NCBI GenBank assembly: GCA_018715885.1
Contig: DVKT01000063.1
Span: forward strand, 15,223-79,222
Reading direction: 5' to 3'
From: Candidatus Caccoplasma intestinavium
Lineage (GTDB): Bacteria > Bacteroidota > Bacteroidia > Bacteroidales > UBA11471
Length of the DNA: 64,000 nucleotides
Each line of letters opens with the position of its first letter. Within the stretch, counting starts at the first letter, position 1. The notes below the pieces were generated by a model that was not told the origin of the DNA, searched no databases, and saw only the letters and a list, made by a program, of their open reading frames with translations. Positions 58,053-64,000 of the stretch are shown in pieces. A program made the position numbers and the translations under genes.

Positions 58053-58093
58053 GTGTCCGGAGCGGAATATCCTGCTTCGGACACTCGTGTTTT
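58053..58093 (+). terminator. Intra-operon hairpin (possible partial terminator/attenuator) between SusD-2 and the 1236-aa gene
   Basis: GTGTCCGGAGC-loop(10)-GCTTCGGACAC (11-bp stem with one G-U pair) followed by TCGTGTTTT. Confidence 0.45.
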
Positions 58094-58125
58094 CCCGATA
58101 TTACATATATAATTTTTTTGACGCT

Positions 58126-61100
58126 ATGCATATATCACGATTATTCTGTTCTTTGCTTCTATCGGCGGCTTGCCTTGTTCCTGCGCAGGCGCAGTTGTTT
58201 ACCTCTTCCGACTCGAAGCGTACCGCTCCCGGCCAAAACCGCACGTTGCGCTACCAGCCCGACGGAGAAGATTTTGTCATCGTCAATGGCAATCGCAAGT
58301 TTACCCGAGCTTTGTATGGCAGTAATACGGGTTTCAGACTCGAAACGAGCGATGTTCCCGAGTTTGCCCTGTATATGCCCCGTATGGGGGGAAATCTTTC
58401 GCTTGGTGTGATTGTCGGCGGGAAAAGCCTTTGGCTAAACGATGCCCGACACATCGAGTCCCGATACAGTGCCGGAAGCCGTATCTATACGATTACCGAC
58501 TCTCTCTTGGGAAAAGGTTCCATCGTCGTTACAGCGTTGGCCATGTATGAGGCCGATGGTATGATACTCAAAATCGAAGGCAATAAGTTGCCTTCGGACA
58601 CCCGGCTCGTATGGCTTTACGGCGGACCTACCAACAAGCGTTTCAGTCGGGAAGGAGATATGGGAGTAGATGCACCCGACTGCTTCGACTTGAAACCCGA
58701 TTATTGTGTCGATAATATTTATCGTTTGGACGATGACGGTTTCGATGTGTGGTATGGTACCTCACGCGAGAATATCCAACGATATTTGGCCGGTAAGAAT
58801 CCCGAAACGGGCAAAAATCCTGTATGCCAACTTACGGCTGTCGTGCCCGACGCATCTTCGCTGTTACTGGGTGATGCTATGGCGCGTACTACGCCGATCT
58901 CTTTGCGTGAAACGGCTCCTTCCGACAAATATCCGGTCGTTTCGGGAACGGTCTCATTACGTAAGAAACCCTCTTATATAGCGATATATAATCCTAAAAC
59001 CGCTCCGGCCGCATGGCGTTATGACGATTTGGCGGCCTGTTTCGATCGTGCCGACAAGAGCCGTGCCGAGGTCGCCTCGACAGTGAAGCTTGTTACGCCC
59101 GATCCCTATTTCAATACGCTCGGGCCGGCATTGAGTATGGCAGCCGACGGTATTTGGGATTCCTCCGCCAAGGTGTGGATGCACGGAGCCATTGGTTGGC
59201 GTATGCCTTTGAACGGTTGGCGTGCCGCTTATACGGGCGATGCCATAGGTCGCCACGACCGGGCAAGGGAACACTTCGACGGTTATGCCGCTTCTCAGAT
59301 TACCGAGATAGAACCTGTCATTCCGCATCCGGCACAAGACAGTTCGCTCAATTTGGCTCGGGCTTTGAAGAAATGGGGAACGCAAATGTACAGCAACGGT
59401 TATATTACCCGTAATCCCAATCAGAAGAAGCTCATGCACCACTACGATATGAATCTTTGCTATATCGATGAGTTGTTGTGGCATTTCAACTGGACAGGAG
59501 ATATGGACTATGTGCGCCGTATGTGGCCGGTACTGAAATCGCATCTTGCTTGGGAGAAGCGTAATTTCGACCCCGACGACGACGGCCTTTACGATGCCTA
59601 TTGTTGTATATGGGCAAGCGATGCCCTCCAATACAACAGCGGCGGAGTAACGCACTCGTCGGCTTATAATTACCGGGCCAACAAGATGGCGGCCGAGATA
59701 GCCGAAAAAATAGGAGAAGATCCCGAACCGTATCGTCTCGAAGCCGAAAAAATAGGAAAGGCTATCAACGATAATCTGTGGCTGTCCGATAAAGGCCATT
59801 GGGCGGAATATAAAGACTTCATGGGCTTGAAGCGTGTACACCCCGATGCAGCTTTGTGGACGATATATCATGCTATCGACTCGGAAATTCACGACGATTT
59901 CCAGTCGTGGCAGGCGACCCGTTATGTCGATACCGAGATTCCCCATATTCCTGTCAAGGCCGATGGTCTCGATAGAGACGATTATGCAACAATCGCTACA
60001 ACGACGTGGTTGCCTTATGCATGGTCTATCAATAACGTCGCTTTTGCCGAGGTAATGCATACGGCATTGGCTTACTGGCAGAGCGGTCGTAGCAATGAGG
60101 CTTATAAACTTTTCAAGAGCTCGATTCTCGATGGAATGTATTTGGGCGGAAGCCCGGGAAACTTCGGGCAAGTAAGTACTTATGATGCCGCTCGCGGAGA
60201 GTGCTATCGCGATTTCGGCGACCCGGTAGGTGTCGCATCGCGAGTTATCGTGCAAGGACTGTTCGGCATTCTGCCCGATATGATGAACGACCGTGTTGTT
60301 TTGCGTCCCGGTTTCCCGTCGGATTGGGAATATGCATCGTTCGAGACTTCCGATATTGCTTATGATTTCAAGCGTAAGGGCAATAAAGACGTATATGAAG
60401 TGCAGCTTCATTTCGAGCGTCCGGCTACGCTTGCGTTACAGTTGAAAGCCCGTCGCGATAAAATCGCTTCGGTGAAAGTCAATGGAAAGAAAACGACTTG
60501 GACATTGAAAGAAAATAGTGTGGGAGAGCCTCAAATCGAAATTCTCGCACAACCGGTACCCTCTTGCAAGATCGAAGTGGCTTGGGAAGGCAAACCTTTG
60601 TCTATGCCCGAGTATGATACACTGGCGATTGTGGGTTCTTCTTGGAAATTGTCCTTGCCGTTGAGCGTGCAACTCATGGCGGTACGCGATGAGCAGAATC
60701 TGCTGTCGCAGACGAGATGGGACGCCCACTCTGTCTCGGCAGTCGTTCGGGATAACGTCGGCGAACGTACATTGTTTGTGCAACTTTCTCAGGGCGATAT
60801 GACATGGTGGCAACCGATACCTCTTACAGTAATGCAGCCTGTAACACAGGCTTCTTCGGCTACCGAAGGATATGCTTTGTCATTTGCTTTGGCCAATCAT
60901 ACGGCAAAGCCGCTTTCACTGAAATGCGTCGTCAATCCCGGACGCTACGAGTATGTCGTGTCGACCGAGATCCCGGCCAACGGTATATCACCCGATATTT
61001 TTGTACCGGCCTCTTGTGCCGAGCCGGGTACCAACCGTGTCGTAGTGTATGATAAAGAGAAAGAAGTTGCCCGTTTCGACTGCATCAACTGGGAGGTTAA

Positions 61101-61836
61101 GAATTCCAATGCCTTGCATTATGAATCAGTAGATTTGGATACCTGCATGAATGCTCGTGTAACAGATATATTTGAGAATCGCTATTTGTCTCCCCGATCG
61201 CCTTATACAACATTGCAAGTGCCTGTGCAGGGTATAGGGGAGTGGTGTCATCCCAAAGCTACCGCTGAGATCGATGATAGCGGATTGCGCCGTGCAGCTT
61301 CGGGCGATGTGCTCGATACACCTATCGGTGTTCCTTTCCGTATCCGTCAGGATACGACGGTGAACAATGTTCTTTTTACGACCCGTTGGGATAATTATCC
61401 CGACTCGGTAACCGTACCTTTGTCGGGGAGAGCGTCGCGAGCCTACCTGCTTATGGCCGGATCGACCAACCATATGCAATGCCACATGGTCAACGGACTT
61501 GTTACCGTAACTTACACCGATGGGACGACTTCAACACTTCCGCTTGTCAATCCCGAAACATGGTGTCCGATCGATCAGGATTTTTATGTAGACGGATATG
61601 CTTTCAGTCTCAAAGCCCCCCGTCCTTATCGTGTACTGTTGAAAAGCGGTGTGATAACCCGAGATGTAGAGTCATATCTGAAACTGAGGGGAGCCGATAA
61701 CCGGAATATACCCGGAGGAGCCGGTGTCATATTGGACTTGCCCCTCGACGGTACACGTACGTTACAAAGTATAACCGTTTCGGCAGTATCGACCGAGGTC
61801 GTTATCGGGCTTATGGCCGTTACACTCGAACGATAG
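58126..61836 (+). CDS. Large secreted protein of unassigned family with a central six-hairpin-glycosidase-like region
   Basis: Signal peptide MHISRLFCSLLLSAACLVPAQAQ (start trimmed from 58039). The central segment WEKRNFDPDDDGLYDAYCCIWASDALQYNSGGVTHSSAYNYRANKMAAEIAEKIGEDPEPYRLEAEKIGKAINDNLW follows the D-G-L...W.(S/M)D...helical-hairpin pattern of (alpha/alpha)6 glycosidases. N- and C-terminal regions are beta-rich. Family unknown to me. Confidence 0.45.
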   Translation: MHISRLFCSLLLSAACLVPAQAQLFTSSDSKRTAPGQNRTLRYQPDGEDFVIVNGNRKFTRALYGSNTGFRLETSDVPEFALYMPRMGGNLSLGVIVGGKSLWLNDARHIESRYSAGSRIYTITDSLLGKGSIVVTALAMYEADGMILKIEGNKLPSDTRLVWLYGGPTNKRFSREGDMGVDAPDCFDLKPDYCVDNIYRLDDDGFDVWYGTSRENIQRYLAGKNPETGKNPVCQLTAVVPDASSLLLGDAMARTTPISLRETAPSDKYPVVSGTVSLRKKPSYIAIYNPKTAPAAWRYDDLAACFDRADKSRAEVASTVKLVTPDPYFNTLGPALSMAADGIWDSSAKVWMHGAIGWRMPLNGWRAAYTGDAIGRHDRAREHFDGYAASQITEIEPVIPHPAQDSSLNLARALKKWGTQMYSNGYITRNPNQKKLMHHYDMNLCYIDELLWHFNWTGDMDYVRRMWPVLKSHLAWEKRNFDPDDDGLYDAYCCIWASDALQYNSGGVTHSSAYNYRANKMAAEIAEKIGEDPEPYRLEAEKIGKAINDNLWLSDKGHWAEYKDFMGLKRVHPDAALWTIYHAIDSEIHDDFQSWQATRYVDTEIPHIPVKADGLDRDDYATIATTTWLPYAWSINNVAFAEVMHTALAYWQSGRSNEAYKLFKSSILDGMYLGGSPGNFGQVSTYDAARGECYRDFGDPVGVASRVIVQGLFGILPDMMNDRVVLRPGFPSDWEYASFETSDIAYDFKRKGNKDVYEVQLHFERPATLALQLKARRDKIASVKVNGKKTTWTLKENSVGEPQIEILAQPVPSCKIEVAWEGKPLSMPEYDTLAIVGSSWKLSLPLSVQLMAVRDEQNLLSQTRWDAHSVSAVVRDNVGERTLFVQLSQGDMTWWQPIPLTVMQPVTQASSATEGYALSFALANHTAKPLSLKCVVNPGRYEYVVSTEIPANGISPDIFVPASCAEPGTNRVVVYDKEKEVARFDCINWEVKNSNALHYESVDLDTCMNARVTDIFENRYLSPRSPYTTLQVPVQGIGEWCHPKATAEIDDSGLRRAASGDVLDTPIGVPFRIRQDTTVNNVLFTTRWDNYPDSVTVPLSGRASRAYLLMAGSTNHMQCHMVNGLVTVTYTDGTTSTLPLVNPETWCPIDQDFYVDGYAFSLKAPRPYRVLLKSGVITRDVESYLKLRGADNRNIPGGAGVILDLPLDGTRTLQSITVSAVSTEVVIGLMAVTLER

Positions 61837-61910
61837 CTCTTGTTTTTAACAACTCTTATCGTATTGTATCGTTAAATTTAATGCGATATTTGTATCTTTG
61901 AATGCAGAAA

Positions 61911-61954
61911 GAGGGAGTATACAGAGATTTTTCTCTCGTATCTTCCTCTTTTTT
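61911..61954 (+). terminator. Imperfect terminator hairpin ending the SusC/D operon
   Basis: GAGGGAGTATACAGAGA-TTTT-TCTCTCGTATCTTCCTC, with two small bulges, followed by TTTTTT. Confidence 0.5.
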
Positions 61955-62005
61955 AGTTTCTAAGAAAGAAAATAAACTCGACAAAACCAATTAAAATAAA
62001 CCGAT

Positions 62006-64000
62006 ATGATGAAGAATTTCATGAAAAAAATTTTCTTTGTCGCTTGTTTGTTGGCTCCGGCGTTGTTGTCGGCCCAGCAGCCGCTCAAAGAAACTCTTGA
62101 TCCGGCCATTCGTGTGGGTAAGCTCGAGAACGGCCTTACTTATTACCTCTGCCATAACAATCTTCCCGAAAACCGGGTCGAGTTCTATATTGCGCAGCGT
62201 GTAGGTTCCATTCTCGAAGAAGAGCATCAGCGTGGTTTGGCACACTTCCTCGAACATATGGCGTTCAATGGAACAACCCATTTCCCCGGGAAAGACATTA
62301 TCAATTATCTCGAAAACAACGGTGTGAAATTCGGTGCCAACCTCAATGCCTATACATCTATCGATGAGACGGTATATAATATTTCTGATGTCCCTGCACG
62401 AGAAGGTCTCATCGATTCCTGTCTGCTTATTTTGCACGATTGGGCGTCGGGTATCTTGCTCGAAGGCGATGAGATAGATGCCGAGCGTAAGGTTATCCAC
62501 GAGGAATGGCGTACAAGAAATTCGGCCAATTTGCGTATGCTCGAAGCAATTTTGCCTATCATTTATCCCGACAGTAACCGCTATGCCTATCGTATGCCTA
62601 TCGGATTGATGGAGGTTGTCGACAATTTCCCCCATCAAGCTATTCGCGATTACTACCACAAGTGGTATCGTCCCGATTTGCAGGGTATTATCGTGGTGGG
62701 AAATATCGATGTCGATAAAGTTGAAGCGCGTATCAAAGAATTGTGGAAAGATGTCCCTGCACCCGTCGATGCTGCGGTAAGAGAATATGTACAGGTTCCT
62801 GATAACGACGCCCCTATTGTTGCTGTTGTGTCGGACAAGGAAGCGCTTTCCAACTCATTGCGTATCGCTTTTAAACAGCCTGTCGATACGACCAGTAAAA
62901 TGACCGTTGAAGCAACTCGGAAAGATTTGGTACGATCTCTTGTTTCGATGATGTTTGCTACGCGTTGTAGCGAATTGTCTCAACTCGAGAATCCGCCTTT
63001 CATCATGGCTGCCGGTTCTTATGGCGATTATTTCTATTCCCCTACACGTAAAGCTTATACGTTGGTGGCCATTTTCAAAACCGGGCAGTGGAAACAAGCT
63101 CTTGAAGGACTGGTGAGTGTAACCAAGCAGGCTTACGAATTCGGATTTACCCAATCGGAACTTGACCGTGCCGTGGCCGAAATGGAATCTTATGTAAGAA
63201 AGTCGTACAACGAGCGTTCCACACAGAAAAATTCGAAATTCGTAGATAAAGCATTGACTCATTTCCTGCAACAGGAACCCGAGTTTTCAGAAGAATATTC
63301 TTACGAACTCTATAACCAACTGCTGCCCGGTGTAACCTTGAAAGATGTCAACGAGACATTCCGTCAGTTCTTCCCGACCGATTCCAAGAACATGTCTCTT
63401 GTTCTCATGAGCGATGAAAATGAGAATAGTGTTATTCCTACGGAAGAGGAGCTTTTAAATACATTCTTTGAAGACTGCAAGATTGCGGTAGAACCGTATA
63501 AAGATGAGCATCAAGAACGTTCGCTTATACCTCAAATGCCCGAAAAAGGCCGTATTGTAAAGACGACCGAAAATAAAATTTTCGATGCGACCGAATATAC
63601 TCTTTCCAATGGTGCGAAGGTCGTTATCAAAACGACCGACTTCAAGGCCGATGAGATACAAATGTATGCTCTCAGTCATGGCGGTACAAGCCTTTTCGAT
63701 GTCAAAGACCGTCCGAATTACTATGTGATGAATTCGCTCGTTTCATTGGGCGGTATGGGCGATTTCAGTACGATGGAACTCATGAAGCAGCTTAGCGGTA
63801 TACAAGCCAGTGTATCGGCCAGCGTATCGTCTTATGCCGAGACGGTGTCGGGTAGCAGTACGATCAAGGATTTCGAGACTTTGTTACAACTTACTTATTT
63901 ACGGTTTACGACGACCCGAGTCGATAGCGCCCGTTATGTGGCATGGAAGAGCCGCATGGCCAATTCGTTGAAACTTTCTGAGTCCGATCCTATGCGTCCT
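62006..64000 (+). CDS. M16-family (pitrilysin/insulinase-like) zinc peptidase, 5' partial (continues beyond the window)
   Basis: Translated by hand from ATG 62006. The frame stays open for 665 codons to position 64000. Signal peptide MMKNFMKKIFFVACLLAPALLSAQQ. Inverted zinc motif HQRGLAHFLEHMAFNG (HxxEH). It is not in the supplied ORF track, presumably because no stop codon lies in the window. Confidence 0.85.
   Translation, partial: MMKNFMKKIFFVACLLAPALLSAQQPLKETLDPAIRVGKLENGLTYYLCHNNLPENRVEFYIAQRVGSILEEEHQRGLAHFLEHMAFNGTTHFPGKDIINYLENNGVKFGANLNAYTSIDETVYNISDVPAREGLIDSCLLILHDWASGILLEGDEIDAERKVIHEEWRTRNSANLRMLEAILPIIYPDSNRYAYRMPIGLMEVVDNFPHQAIRDYYHKWYRPDLQGIIVVGNIDVDKVEARIKELWKDVPAPVDAAVREYVQVPDNDAPIVAVVSDKEALSNSLRIAFKQPVDTTSKMTVEATRKDLVRSLVSMMFATRCSELSQLENPPFIMAAGSYGDYFYSPTRKAYTLVAIFKTGQWKQALEGLVSVTKQAYEFGFTQSELDRAVAEMESYVRKSYNERSTQKNSKFVDKALTHFLQQEPEFSEEYSYELYNQLLPGVTLKDVNETFRQFFPTDSKNMSLVLMSDENENSVIPTEEELLNTFFEDCKIAVEPYKDEHQERSLIPQMPEKGRIVKTTENKIFDATEYTLSNGAKVVIKTTDFKADEIQMYALSHGGTSLFDVKDRPNYYVMNSLVSLGGMGDFSTMELMKQLSGIQASVSASVSSYAETVSGSSTIKDFETLLQLTYLRFTTTRVDSARYVAWKSRMANSLKLSESDPMRP

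Noticed and set aside
4882-61836. The idea that the window hides a defence, toxin or secretion 'system' unrelated to glycan use.
   Set aside because: Every supported ORF is a CAZyme, esterase, transporter, sugar-catabolic enzyme or glycan-binding-type lipoprotein. No nuclease, ATPase, methyltransferase, reverse transcriptase or toxin-like signature was seen in any frame I read.
61893-61900. A TAnnTTTG match (TATCTTTG) considered as the promoter of the M16 peptidase.
   Set aside because: It lies upstream of the operon terminator hairpin (61911-61954), so a transcript from it would immediately meet a terminator. It is more likely a chance match.
61991-63271. Minus-strand ORFs 61991-62659 (222 aa) and 62855-63271 (138 aa) from the track.
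   Set aside because: They are shadows of the plus-strand M16 peptidase frame that is open from 62006 to the window end and carries the HxxEH motif.

Overview
Moderate-GC Bacteroidota segment, Bacteroidales-like: it has SusC/SusD pairs, T9SS C-terminal sorting domains and TAnnTTTG promoter boxes. From 1 to 4.8 kb there are housekeeping genes: a system-II cytochrome c maturation pair (ResB-like plus CcsA, coupled by an ATGA overlap), a three-haem cytochrome c peroxidase, and tRNA-Lys(CUU) and upp on the minus strand. From 4.9 to 61.8 kb, 28 consecutive plus-strand genes form a pectin / rhamnogalacturonan-I-type utilisation supercluster. It is organised in terminator- or repeat-delimited modules: [GH95-GH2-SGNH esterase], [GH43-GH51-GH51], [SASA-type acetylesterase-GH105], [T9SS-sorted beta-helix-repeat protein], [T9SS-sorted PL1 pectate lyase-FN3-LamG], [CE12 acetylesterase], [GH2-GH106-like rhamnosidase], [rhaB-rhaA-rhaT-rhaD-GH105-GH28], and a ~21.7 kb operon [unassigned lipoprotein-FAS1-SusC-SusD-FAS1-FAS1-SusC-SusD-unassigned 1236-aa protein]. 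From 62.0 kb to the end lies the 5' part of an M16 zinc peptidase; it runs off the window and is missing from the supplied ORF track. I saw no CRISPR array, transposase, integrase, toxin-antitoxin pair or recognisable defence gene, and I cannot point to a wholly new type of system. Four things are unexplained or unusual. (1) Three mosaic clusters of short palindromic repeat units sit at module junctions, including a ~214-bp, ~95 % identical inverted pair that brackets the arabinan module. (2) The tandem SusC/D operon is decorated with three fasciclin-domain lipoproteins and two large proteins I cannot assign to a family. (3) T9SS cargo is embedded in a Sus-type locus. (4) No regulator is visible anywhere in 57 kb. 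Several ORF-track starts (GTG/TTG extensions) were trimmed to ATG codons followed by signal peptides. All alignments and counts were done by eye and need computational confirmation.
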